From assembly GCA_965225775.1 (NCBI GenBank), contig OZ245328.1:5564914-5628913 (forward strand): a stretch of 64,000 nucleotides of DNA. The letters are read 5' to 3'. Positions within the stretch are counted from its first letter, which is position 1, and every line of letters begins with the position of its first letter. Below are positions 1-8,494 of the stretch, one piece after another. Source of the stretch: Polyangiaceae bacterium. Lineage in GTDB: Bacteria > Myxococcota_A > Polyangia > Polyangiales > Polyangiaceae. The notes under the pieces were generated by a model, which was not told where the DNA came from, searched no databases, and was given only the letters and a program-made list of their open reading frames with translations. A program made the position numbers and the translations under genes.

Positions 1-136
1 GCGGGGCTTTCTGCCTCTGGATCTGAATGGAGTTGCCGCAGTAGCGACACGTCACCACCGGATCGTTGGGGCCCACTTGAAGCGGCGCATTGCACGCCGG
101 ACACCGTTGCTCGAGAAGCTTCACCGAAGCGTTCAT
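1..136 (-). CDS. partial CDS (N-terminus only) of a zinc-ribbon-containing protein; start ATG at 136, continues beyond window start
   Basis: Reverse-strand translation from ATG at 136: MNASVKLLEQRCPACNAPLQVGPNDPVVTCRYCGNSIQIQ..., CxxC...CxxC zinc ribbon typical of myxobacterial protein N-termini; truncated by window edge. Confidence 0.35.
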   Translation of the reverse strand, partial: MNASVKLLEQRCPACNAPLQVGPNDPVVTCRYCGNSIQIQRQKAP

Positions 137-243
137 GAGCGGCAGTGTCGCACGAAACGGGACACGAGCACGTCTCCCGATGCAGCTTTCGCGAGGCCAT
201 GAGGCCTCCGTGATCCGTCCGTGAGCGCGCGCCCGTCCCTCGA

Positions 244-2448
244 CTAAGGCGCCGCGACCGGTGCTTCGAGCGGCTGGACGTCGGGGCGCGCGGCGAGCTC
301 ACCCGGGTGGCGTCCGTCGTTCGCGGGAACGTAGAGCACCACGTTCTCGCCTTCGCGCAGCGGATCGCTCTTCCCGCGCCGATTGATTCGCTCCATGAGC
401 TTGGCGGTCACGCCGTGACGCTTGCCGATGTCTTCCAGGGTCTCACCAGCTTTGGCCTGCACCACGATGCGCCTTCGGCCCTTCTCCTCGAAGTGCGCGA
501 AGAACTCTTCGCTTCCGGAGACCACCGGGCGTACGTCGCTCTCGGCGAGCACGTGCACGTCGCGCATCACGCGGACCGCGTCCTTCACGAACACCTGAAG
601 CGTCATGCCGTCGAGCAAGCGCGCCCGCAAGTCCAGCACGTTCCAGCGTCGCAGCTCGTCCACCGAGACCCCGAAGGCCTCCGCGAGGGTGGGCACGGTG
701 TCGCCGCTCTTCACCTTGTAGAATACACGTGTGCGATCGGGATAGACGTACACGTCGGCCGGGACCACGACCACCGGTCGCTCGCCTTTGGCGGAGGCGG
801 CCGCCGGCGCGGGCTCTTCGCTCTTGGGCACGAGCAGCACGGTCCCGCCGTGGAGCACCTCGCCGGGCGCGATGCCGTTCAGCTCCACCAGCTTGGCCGC
901 GGCGACCCGGTGACTCTGCGCGATGTCGGCGATGGACTCGCCCACCTTGACCACGTACCGGTCGACGCTCTCGCCCTTTTGTTTGGCGAGCTTCTCCGCA
1001 CAGACGGCGCCTTTGCCGGCCGGCACGCGCACCGCGTAGCTCGATTGAGGGTCCCCGGGAGGCGTGCGGGAGGCGCGCAGCTCGGGGTTCAAGGTCTCCA
1101 CGTCTTTGGTCTTGCAGCCCGCAGCCTGCGCGACCGAAGCGAGCGGGGTCCCCGGCGGCACCATCACCTCGTCCGCTTGCACGGGGGAGTCCACGTCCAC
1201 GTTCTGGAAGCCGAACTTGGCCAGGTTCTTCGCCACGATGGCGCACGAGAGGATCTTGGGAACGTAGAGCGTGGTCTCCCACGGGAGCGAGCCCTCGAGC
1301 TTGGCGAGCGCCCAGTAGTCGTTCGTGTTGTACTTCTTCACCACCTGCGTGATGCCGCCGTACCCCATGTTGTACGAGGCCATGGCAAGGTCCCAGGTGC
1401 CGAAGCGCCTATGGAGATCGAGCAAGAAGTCCGCGGCGGCTTCGGTCGCGCTCTGCACGTGGATGCGCTGATCGGCCCAACGGTCTTGCGAGAGCCCGTA
1501 GACGCGGCCGGTCTCGGGCATGAATTGCCACATACCGAGCGCTCCGACCGGAGAGCGCGCCGTGGGCTCGAAGCCGCTCTCCACCATGGCGAGCCAAATG
1601 AGATCTTCCGGAACGCCCTTCTTGGCGAACGTCTTCTTGATTGCGTCGCGGTAGCGACCCGAGCGACGCAGCCAATTGGCGAACATCGCATGTCCGCGCG
1701 GATCGTTTTTCCAAAACTCGAGGTAGCGCACCAGACGGGAGTCCCAGCGCACGGGAATTTCCGGCATCTCGAGGCCCTCGAGCCAAGAGACGTCTTGGCC
1801 CGACTCTCGCGGCGGTCCTTCGCTCGGCATCTCGGGAGAGGCCCCCGAGGTGTGCGGGCGCGGATGCTCTCCGTCGCGCGCGAGCGGCGAAGGCAGCTGC
1901 GAAGGCCAAGGCGCGCCGAGCGAGGGCATGGCCGGCGGGAAGAGCTCACGCTCGGCGTCGTGCAGCGCGGACAGCTCCGCGGTCTCCGCGCCGAGACTCG
2001 CGTCGTCGACCGTGGGGCCTCCGGCGACGGTCCGTCGCCCCTTGGGATCTTCGCGGTGGGAAGGAGACGCGTGCGCTTGCGGTGGCTTCGCGGGGGTCTT
2101 CGGCGCGGGACGTGGCGACGAAGGCGCGGCCGGCTTCGGCGCGGGCGCGGCGGGCTTCGGCGCGGGCGCGGCGGGCTTCGCTTGAGGTGCGCTCGGCGTG
2201 GGCGCGGGCTTGGCGGAAGGCGCCGGCGCGCTCGGCTTGGCCGACGGGGCCTGCGGTGGGCTTGCCGAAGGCTTCGCGGGAGCGGGTTTCTGAGGAGGAG
2301 GAGTCGGCTTTCCCACCGCCGCCGCGCTCGGCTTTCCGAGAGGAGGGAGCGGCTCGGCTGCCGCGGCGGTCAACGGCCCGAGCAACGACGCGATCGCCAC
2401 CCATGCACCAACCGAACGAAGACCCCGCATGGGCGTAGGTCCTCGCAT
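244..2448 (-). CDS. membrane-bound lytic murein transglycosylase D-like protein (SLT domain + 3 LysM domains) with long Pro/Ala-rich N-terminal low-complexity region
   Basis: 734-aa ORF; signal peptide; SLT motif LIWLAMVESGFEPTARSPVGALGMWQFMPETG; three LysM-like repeats (YVVKVGESIADIA..., YKVKSGDTVPTLA..., QAKAGETLEDIGK...). Confidence 0.8.
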   Translation of the reverse strand: MRGPTPMRGLRSVGAWVAIASLLGPLTAAAAEPLPPLGKPSAAAVGKPTPPPQKPAPAKPSASPPQAPSAKPSAPAPSAKPAPTPSAPQAKPAAPAPKPAAPAPKPAAPSSPRPAPKTPAKPPQAHASPSHREDPKGRRTVAGGPTVDDASLGAETAELSALHDAERELFPPAMPSLGAPWPSQLPSPLARDGEHPRPHTSGASPEMPSEGPPRESGQDVSWLEGLEMPEIPVRWDSRLVRYLEFWKNDPRGHAMFANWLRRSGRYRDAIKKTFAKKGVPEDLIWLAMVESGFEPTARSPVGALGMWQFMPETGRVYGLSQDRWADQRIHVQSATEAAADFLLDLHRRFGTWDLAMASYNMGYGGITQVVKKYNTNDYWALAKLEGSLPWETTLYVPKILSCAIVAKNLAKFGFQNVDVDSPVQADEVMVPPGTPLASVAQAAGCKTKDVETLNPELRASRTPPGDPQSSYAVRVPAGKGAVCAEKLAKQKGESVDRYVVKVGESIADIAQSHRVAAAKLVELNGIAPGEVLHGGTVLLVPKSEEPAPAAASAKGERPVVVVPADVYVYPDRTRVFYKVKSGDTVPTLAEAFGVSVDELRRWNVLDLRARLLDGMTLQVFVKDAVRVMRDVHVLAESDVRPVVSGSEEFFAHFEEKGRRRIVVQAKAGETLEDIGKRHGVTAKLMERINRRGKSDPLREGENVVLYVPANDGRHPGELAARPDVQPLEAPVAAP

Positions 2449-2589
2449 CGGAAGGAGCCCCGGTCAACCTTTTGGCAGGAAGCGCCCGGTCACAAGTGTT
2501 CAGTCACGTCGCTAGGGCGTCACGAGCACCCGCGATGCCTGCCACTCCCAAGTCGCATAGACCAAGGGGCCGAGGCAGGATCCGGACGC

Positions 2590-3468
2590 TCACCCCTTGG
2601 AGATGCCCGAGACCGGACCTGTATCGCCGAAACGCGCCGTGTTCTTCTCCAGCACGGACAGGCGCTTTTGCAGCGTGGCGTTCATTCCGTCGAGCTTCTC
2701 GTGGAGCTGCTGGATCTGGAGCTCGGCCTTGAGGTTCACGTCGTATTCGATGTTGGCGCGCACACGCTCGCGCTCGATTTGCCGGTTCTGGCTGAGCAGC
2801 ACGAACACGCTCAGGATGATGGCCTCGAGCGAGACCACCATGGTCAAAAGACCGAAGGGAAAGGGATCGTAGTCACCCCACTTGAAGAGGTGCACGTTGG
2901 TGATGATCCACACGAAGAAGATGCCGAGGTGAATGAAGAGGAACGGGAGCGAGCCGCTGAAGTCGGCAATCCAATCCGCCACCCGCATCACCATCGTGCG
3001 GTTGTCTTCGACCACCTCGTTCTCGTTGCGTGTCGCTGTGTTCCGGATGAACGCGGCGGTGGTGCGCAGGCGTTTTCCCGTGGCGGCGAGGATGGTGAGC
3101 GCCGAAGACGGGTTCTTGCGGAAGAGCTCGTCGAGGTCTTCGCGGTCGACCACGAGCAGCTCCACGTCGGTCGCACACACGGCCGAGGCGGTGCGCGGCC
3201 CCTGGTCGAGCAAGGTGATCTCGCCGAAGAAGTCCCCGGGCTTCACCGTCTCGAGGAGCGTGCGCTCTCCCGTCTTGTTCTTCACGAAGAGCTCGACCTC
3301 GCCCTTCACCACCACCATCATCGAGTCTCCGGGGTCGCCGTAGGCGAAGAGCTCGTGGCCCTTCTCGTGGTTCTCGACGTCGATCTGTTTACACAGCACG
3401 GCGCGGTCGTCGTCGGAGAGCAGCGAGAAGAGCGGGACTTCGGCGAGCATCTCGGAGGCGGCGGTCAT
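2590..3468 (-). CDS. cyclic nucleotide-binding domain protein fused to C-terminal DUF1003-like membrane domain
   Basis: 292-aa ORF; cNMP-binding signature FGEITLLDQGPRTASAVCATDVELLVVDREDL; C-terminal two hydrophobic helices. Confidence 0.65.
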   Translation of the reverse strand: MTAASEMLAEVPLFSLLSDDDRAVLCKQIDVENHEKGHELFAYGDPGDSMMVVVKGEVELFVKNKTGERTLLETVKPGDFFGEITLLDQGPRTASAVCATDVELLVVDREDLDELFRKNPSSALTILAATGKRLRTTAAFIRNTATRNENEVVEDNRTMVMRVADWIADFSGSLPFLFIHLGIFFVWIITNVHLFKWGDYDPFPFGLLTMVVSLEAIILSVFVLLSQNRQIERERVRANIEYDVNLKAELQIQQLHEKLDGMNATLQKRLSVLEKNTARFGDTGPVSGISKG

Positions 3469-3670
3469 AGGCCCGGGATCTCACCACCGATCGCCCGCTC
3501 GCACCGAGAAAATCGGCGAGCCGAACGCACAGATCAGGTTGCGACCGACGATGCCGACCGCCCGCGAGCAAGGCCTTGGTCAACCCATGAAAATCGCAAG
3601 GTTTCGGGACGCGCACGTTCACGGCGCGGGTCGGTTCGGCCGAAGAGCGTGCTAAGCCGTCGACTTCACG

Positions 3671-4540
3671 ATGAAAGGCCGACTTCGATACGACGGGTAC
3701 TTTTGGCGCAAGCTCGCGATGGTGGGCGCATCCAAGGGACCCAAGTGGCTCCTGCGCTACAGCCCGCCGTTCATCGGCCTCGCCGCCATGGCCCTCGTGC
3801 CCAAGGCTCGCCACGCGGTTCGCCGCAACCTCGAGCGCGCACGCGGCAAGCGCTCGGTCTGGCAAGACACGCTCGACATCGCTCGCACCTTCGGGAGCTA
3901 CGCTTCCTCTCTCGCCGAGGCGCTCGCCGCCGGCTCGAAGAACCAGGTCGGCTTCCAGAGCCACACCGTGGACGGCAAAGAAAACATGTATGCCGCACTC
4001 GACATGGAGCGCGGCGTGGTGGTCGCGAGCCTCCACTCGGGTGGGTGGGACGTGCTCGGCTCGCTCTTCGCCGATCGCATCAAGACCGAGTTCACCATCG
4101 TGATGGAGCCCGAGCGCGACGAAGGCGCTCGCCGCTTCCACGACGAGGTACGCGAGCGCGCGGGGGTCAAAGTGGCCCACGCCGGCGACGACCCGATGGC
4201 CGCGCTGCCGCTTTTGCGAGCACTGCGCGCGAAGGGAATCGTGGCCCTTTTGTGCGACCGCACGCCCCCGGGCATGAAAACGTTCGACGTGAAGCTCTTC
4301 GACGCGCCGGGAAAGATCCCCCAGGGACCGTTCCGGTTGGCGCAGGTCTCGGGCGCGCCCATCGTGCCGCTCTTCTGCGCGCGCTCGGGCTTCAAGAACT
4401 ACCACGTGGTCATCGGCGAGCCGATCCTGGTCGCCCGCAACGCCGACGCCGAGGCCTTCCAGAAGGCCGCGCAGACCGTAGCCGACCGCATGACCGAGTT
4501 CGTGCGCGCGTATCCGACTCAGTGGTTCCATTTCGAGTGA
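3671..4540 (+). CDS. lysophospholipid/lipid A biosynthesis acyltransferase family protein (LpxL/HtrB-like)
   Basis: 289-aa ORF, ATG at 3671; HX4D acyltransferase motif (LHSGGWD); N-terminal membrane anchor. Confidence 0.6.
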   Translation: MKGRLRYDGYFWRKLAMVGASKGPKWLLRYSPPFIGLAAMALVPKARHAVRRNLERARGKRSVWQDTLDIARTFGSYASSLAEALAAGSKNQVGFQSHTVDGKENMYAALDMERGVVVASLHSGGWDVLGSLFADRIKTEFTIVMEPERDEGARRFHDEVRERAGVKVAHAGDDPMAALPLLRALRAKGIVALLCDRTPPGMKTFDVKLFDAPGKIPQGPFRLAQVSGAPIVPLFCARSGFKNYHVVIGEPILVARNADAEAFQKAAQTVADRMTEFVRAYPTQWFHFE

Positions 4541-4563
4541 GGGGGAGAGAGCGGAGAGGGATG

Positions 4564-4707
4564 CCCCCACTCGCAGGTGCTCGGCTTCGCCTGCGCGCCT
4601 GCGGTCTCCCCCAAAATTTTCGCCGACGGCCTCTCGCTCCGCGACCAGCGGCGAAAGTAGGGGGAGACGCGAGAGCTCGCGGGGCGGCGCGGGGCACTCG
4701 ATGACTC
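4564..4707. repeat. intergenic repeat element copy A (about 144 bp) containing an internal inverted repeat (gtctcccccaaaattttcgcc ... ggcgaaagtagggggagac)
   Basis: Near-identical to 4777-4902 except an extra ~19 nt in the hairpin loop; lies in 460-bp gap between acyltransferase and epimerase genes. Confidence 0.7.
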
Positions 4708-4776
4708 GGGGGGCCTTCGGTGCGCGAGGCCCTCGGTGCGCGAGGCCCTTGAGAGCGAGGCCCTTGGTGCGCGAGG
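4708..4776. repeat. mini tandem repeat (ggtgcgcgaggccc x3-4) between the two large repeat copies
   Basis: Direct reading: cggtgcgcgaggccctcggtgcgcgaggcccttgagagcgaggcccttggtgcgcgaggcc. Confidence 0.6.
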
Positions 4777-4902
4777 CCCCCACTCGCAGGTGCTCGGCTT
4801 CGCCTGCGCGCCTGCGGTCTCCCCCAAAATTTTCGCCCAAAGCGGCGAAAATAGGGGGAGACGCGAGAGCTCGCGGGGCGGCGCGGGGCACTCGGTGACT
4901 CG
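4777..4902. repeat. intergenic repeat element copy B (about 126 bp) with near-perfect hairpin tctcccccaaaattttcgcc-caaagc-ggcgaaaatagggggaga
   Basis: Direct repeat of 4564-4707; same flanks (cccccactcgcaggtgctcggcttcgcctgcgcgcctgcgg ... gacgcgagagctcgcggggcggcgcggggcactcg). Confidence 0.7.
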
Positions 4903-5003
4903 CGATCCTCACCCTGGACTTCGCGTCGGGTTCGACTTCGTGGCTCGGCGAATTTTCGCCACGTCACGGGGCACTTTTCACGGGTCGACTCTATGGTCTC
5001 GAG

Positions 5004-6401
5004 ATGTCTCTCCCGGAACGTGCCACGGTCGTGCTCGCGGGTGGGAGCGGCTTCGTAGGCCAAGCTCTGGCCGCTCGTCTCTCCGAGCGCTTTCGCGTGG
5101 TCGGTCTCTCGCGCTCCGAGCGTGCACCGGACGAACACGTCGACGAGTGGCGTAAGGCCGACCTCTTCAATCTGCGAGACGCGGAGCGCGCCCTCGTAGG
5201 GGCGAAGTACGCGGTGTACCTCGTGCACAGCATGCTGCCCTCGGCGCGCCTCACGCAGGGCACGTTCGAGGACCTCGACCTCATTTGCGCGGACAACTTC
5301 GCGCGGGCCGCGAAAAACGCAGGCGTCGAGCAGATCGTGTTCCTCGGCGGTCTCTTGCCCACGCAACGCGACCTCTCGCCCCACCTCGCGAGCCGTGTCG
5401 AGGTCGAGAAGACACTCGGCCGCTACGGCGTGCCCGTCACCGTTCTGCGCGCGGGGCTCGTCCTCGGCGGAGGCGGTTCGTCGTTCGAGATGCTGGCGAG
5501 GCTCGTGCGTCGGCTCCCGTTCATGGTGGTGCCCGAGTGGACCAAAACCCTGACGCAGCCCGTGGGCGTAGAAGACGTGGTCGCGCTGCTCTCGTTCTCA
5601 GTCGGCAATGCGGCATGCTTCGGCGAGACGTACGACGTAGGAGCGCCCGAGCGCCTCGACTACCGGTCGCTCATGGCCATGTGCGCGGAGATGCTCGGAC
5701 TCTCGCGGCCCATGTTTTCGGTGCCATTTTTCACGCCGGGGCTCTCACGCCTGTGGGTCTCGCTCGTGACCGGCGCCCCGAAGGACCTGGTCGCGCCACT
5801 CGTGGAGAGCTTGCGCTACGAGATGCTCGCCAACGACTCACGCATCTTCGAGCTGGCCGGCCTCACGCCGACACCGCTTCGCGTGGCGCTGAAACGGGCC
5901 CTCGACGAGCACTCGGACACGCCTCGCGCCTACGCCAGCCCGACCCGAGAAACATCGAAAAAGACCGGTCAAAAGCGGCCCTCGTTCGTGCGCTCGGTGC
6001 AACGCATGACCTTGCCGAAGGACCACGACGCGCAGTGGGCCGCCGAAGAATACGTGCGCTGGCTGCCGCGTGCGCTGCGAGGTCTCGTGCGCGTCGACGT
6101 GGCCGAGAACCGGAGCTGCACGTTCTTCCTCGTGCTGTTCCACATTCCGCTCCTCGTGCTCACCTACGTGCCGGACCGGAGCACGCCCGATCGGCAGCTC
6201 TTCTTCGTGACCGGCGGAGTGCTCTCGCGCCCGGACTTCCGAGGTCGCTTCGAGCTACGCCAGGTGCTGGATCAACGCACGTTGATCACGGCCATCCACG
6301 ACTTCGCACCGAGGCTACCGTGGCTCGTGTACGTGGCCACGCAGGCGCAGTTTCATGCGTGGGTGATGGCGGCTTTTCGGCGGCACGTCGCGCGGGCTTG
6401 A
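5004..6401 (+). CDS. NAD(P)-binding epimerase/dehydratase (NmrA-like) fused to DUF2867-like C-terminal domain
   Basis: 465-aa ORF; Rossmann motif VVLAGGSGFVGQALAARL at N-terminus. Confidence 0.65.
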   Translation: MSLPERATVVLAGGSGFVGQALAARLSERFRVVGLSRSERAPDEHVDEWRKADLFNLRDAERALVGAKYAVYLVHSMLPSARLTQGTFEDLDLICADNFARAAKNAGVEQIVFLGGLLPTQRDLSPHLASRVEVEKTLGRYGVPVTVLRAGLVLGGGGSSFEMLARLVRRLPFMVVPEWTKTLTQPVGVEDVVALLSFSVGNAACFGETYDVGAPERLDYRSLMAMCAEMLGLSRPMFSVPFFTPGLSRLWVSLVTGAPKDLVAPLVESLRYEMLANDSRIFELAGLTPTPLRVALKRALDEHSDTPRAYASPTRETSKKTGQKRPSFVRSVQRMTLPKDHDAQWAAEEYVRWLPRALRGLVRVDVAENRSCTFFLVLFHIPLLVLTYVPDRSTPDRQLFFVTGGVLSRPDFRGRFELRQVLDQRTLITAIHDFAPRLPWLVYVATQAQFHAWVMAAFRRHVARA

Positions 6402-6402
6402 G

Positions 6403-6610
6403 ATGGGAGGGGAGAAGCGAGAAGGGGAGAAGCGAGAGGGAGCGGAGGAGAAGGGGTGCCCCCTCCCGCCCATGAAAGTGGAGCCCGGGTTCGACGGGGA
6501 GCCCGTGGATTTCTACGGTCGCCAGATTGAACGAGCATTGCTCCACTTTCCTGGTCGGCCTCCCCCAAATCGCGTGCTCGGGCTTCGCCCTCCGCGCGCT
6601 CAGGGGGAGG
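6403..6610. repeat. intergenic repeat region: tandem ggggagaagcgaga x2 plus element related to the 4.5-4.9 kb repeats (gtgctcgggcttcgccctccgcgcgc) with hairpin cctccccc...gggggagg
   Basis: Shares the gtgctcgg(g)cttcgcc(c)tgcgcgc core with repeats at 4564-4902; inverted repeat cctcccccaaatcgc...ctcagggggagg. Confidence 0.45.
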
Positions 6611-6650
6611 CTCGAGAAGCCCGTGGCTACGTGCCCGCGCCCGGTCGAGC

Positions 6651-8198
6651 TCAGTGCTTCATGTAGACGCTCTTCGCCGGAGCCACTTGGCCCGGCGTGA
6701 GCTCATGTACACCTCGACCGTTCACGAACTCCACGTCGGCAGGCTTTTCGCAGTCCCCCGCGCACGCGACCGCTCCGGCGGTGCTCGGTTTGGCGGCGGG
6801 CGCGTCCGAGTCGCCGGCGTCTTCACCGCCCGGCAATGCGGGGAGCTTGCTCTCGTCGAAGCCGGTGGGAACCAAGTAGATCTCGGTGGTCGGCGGGTAA
6901 AAGTCGGTCGACTCCTCCACCTTCTTGGTGCCGTCCGTGTACACGAGCGTGCGCGAGCGCTTGATGCGATAGCCCTTGATTCCGCGCTGTTTGATGACCA
7001 CGCGATTGGAGGGCAGATTGGCTTCTTCGGTGACCTTGCGCTTGTAGGCAAGCGTCGCGACCACGTCTCGGCCGAAGGTGACACGCGCGGGCTTGGTCTT
7101 GCCGAGCAGCTCTACGCGCAGCGTGTTCGGGCCGACCTTCGTGTGGACCACCACCGGGAAAGGATGCGGATTGCGCACCTTGAGGTCGACCGCGGGGTAC
7201 ACCACGGTGGAGTCGAGGCCCATCGGGATGTACGCGCTGGGACGAGAGTGCGGGAGACGCTCGAGCACGTCGAGCCCACCGAAGAAGACCGCCGCATGGA
7301 ACGTGGAGGCCACCTGGCAAGTGCCACCGCCCACGCCCTCGACCATCTCGCCCTTGAAGATTTCCCAGCTCTTCTGGAAGCCGTTCGCCTCGCTGCGCTC
7401 TCCCACGATCTCGTTGAAGCTCACGAGCTGACCGGGCGACAAGATGAGACCCTCGAGCTTTCCCGCGGCCACGTCGATGTTCTTCCCGCGACGCGCTTGG
7501 TCTCCGCCGCGCGAAAAATGCGTCTCGAACTCGCTCACCACGGTGGACACGTCCAGGCTGTCCACGAACGACTTGGACACGCGCGGCGGCACGGACACCG
7601 TCACGAAGGGAGCGACGTCTTTGCGATTGGCGAGCTGCGAGCGTGCGAGCGACTCCACTCCGGCGAGCGTCGCGTCCACGTCCACGAAGCTGCCGTTCTT
7701 CTCGGGAATGGTCGCGTGTTTGTCGAGGTCGAGCTTGGCCGAAACAGGCGCCACGTCGAGCTCGGTCTTCTTGGGCTCGAGGGCGGCGGCACCCTTGTCG
7801 CGGTCCACGAGGAGCACGAGTGGCACGTCGATCTCGCCGCGAGATGCCTCTCGTGCGGCCTCGGCGCGCTCCACGAGCGAGCCTTGGTGACCAATCGTAC
7901 CGAGCCGCGCCACGGTGGCCTCTTCGTCGACCGTGATGCCGAGCTCGGCGAACGTGGCCGAAAAGGCGTCGTTCCCGCCGAACTGCAGGGTGACCTTTCG
8001 CGACTCCAGCGCTTCTTTTCGCGCGTGAACCTCGGCGCGACCGTCGGTGCCCTTGGGCACGACCGTGCCGTCGACCCGAACCCCGGGAAGCACGGGCGTG
8101 TCCGGGAGCACGTACGGGCGCGCGGCAAAACACGTCCCCGCCACGGTGAGGGCGGTGAAGGACACGACCAGGAGCCTGAGTGCAGAGGGAGTGCGCAT
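6651..8198 (-). CDS. VanW family protein (secreted, peptidoglycan-binding + VanW domain)
   Basis: 515-aa ORF; signal peptide; VanW-like core GGGTCQVASTFHAAVFFGGL. Confidence 0.7.
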   Translation of the reverse strand: MRTPSALRLLVVSFTALTVAGTCFAARPYVLPDTPVLPGVRVDGTVVPKGTDGRAEVHARKEALESRKVTLQFGGNDAFSATFAELGITVDEEATVARLGTIGHQGSLVERAEAAREASRGEIDVPLVLLVDRDKGAAALEPKKTELDVAPVSAKLDLDKHATIPEKNGSFVDVDATLAGVESLARSQLANRKDVAPFVTVSVPPRVSKSFVDSLDVSTVVSEFETHFSRGGDQARRGKNIDVAAGKLEGLILSPGQLVSFNEIVGERSEANGFQKSWEIFKGEMVEGVGGGTCQVASTFHAAVFFGGLDVLERLPHSRPSAYIPMGLDSTVVYPAVDLKVRNPHPFPVVVHTKVGPNTLRVELLGKTKPARVTFGRDVVATLAYKRKVTEEANLPSNRVVIKQRGIKGYRIKRSRTLVYTDGTKKVEESTDFYPPTTEIYLVPTGFDESKLPALPGGEDAGDSDAPAAKPSTAGAVACAGDCEKPADVEFVNGRGVHELTPGQVAPAKSVYMKH

Positions 8199-8494
8199 CG
8201 CGGAAGTCGAACGCTCGGGTACGGCCAGGCGAATCCCGAGTAAAGCCCTAGAAGTTCATCGATCGGCAGGCGGCCGACATTATGGGGACCTTCTTCGACG
8301 AAGTGAACCTTGCAGCATTCTCCGCGCTCGGACGATCCCGGGCGTTCGCGTTTCGATCAACCGATCGAGACCGCTCCCTTCGACCGCGCCCTTCACGCGA
8401 CGAAACCGTAAGGCCCACCTGCTCAAGTGTTCCCGAGCGGCGCTTCGGGACGACTTTCGTCGGCGTTCGGTGTGGCGCCGCGTGCGCTTCGGGT

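Noticed and set aside
2080-2230. Tandem about 27-bp DNA repeats (ggcttcggcgcgggcgcggcgggcttcggcgcgggcgcggcgggc)
   Set aside because: They sit inside the MltD-like CDS and simply encode the repetitive KPAAPAPKPAAPAP low-complexity linker; not a regulatory repeat.
307-4704. 1465-aa plus-strand ORF and many other long Arg/Ala/Gly-rich ORFs throughout the track (e.g. 3389-4912, 6654-8243, 8423-10033, 19987-22488, 31130-33067)
   Set aside because: They overlap well-supported genes on the opposite strand or in another frame, have no motifs, and have the biased Arg/Ala/Pro composition expected from stop-codon-poor antisense frames in 70% GC DNA.
4541-4910. Possible CRISPR array
   Set aside because: Only two repeat units of about 130 bp with an internal palindrome and a non-equivalent spacer made of mini-tandems. 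No regular 28-37 bp repeat/spacer periodicity and no cas genes.
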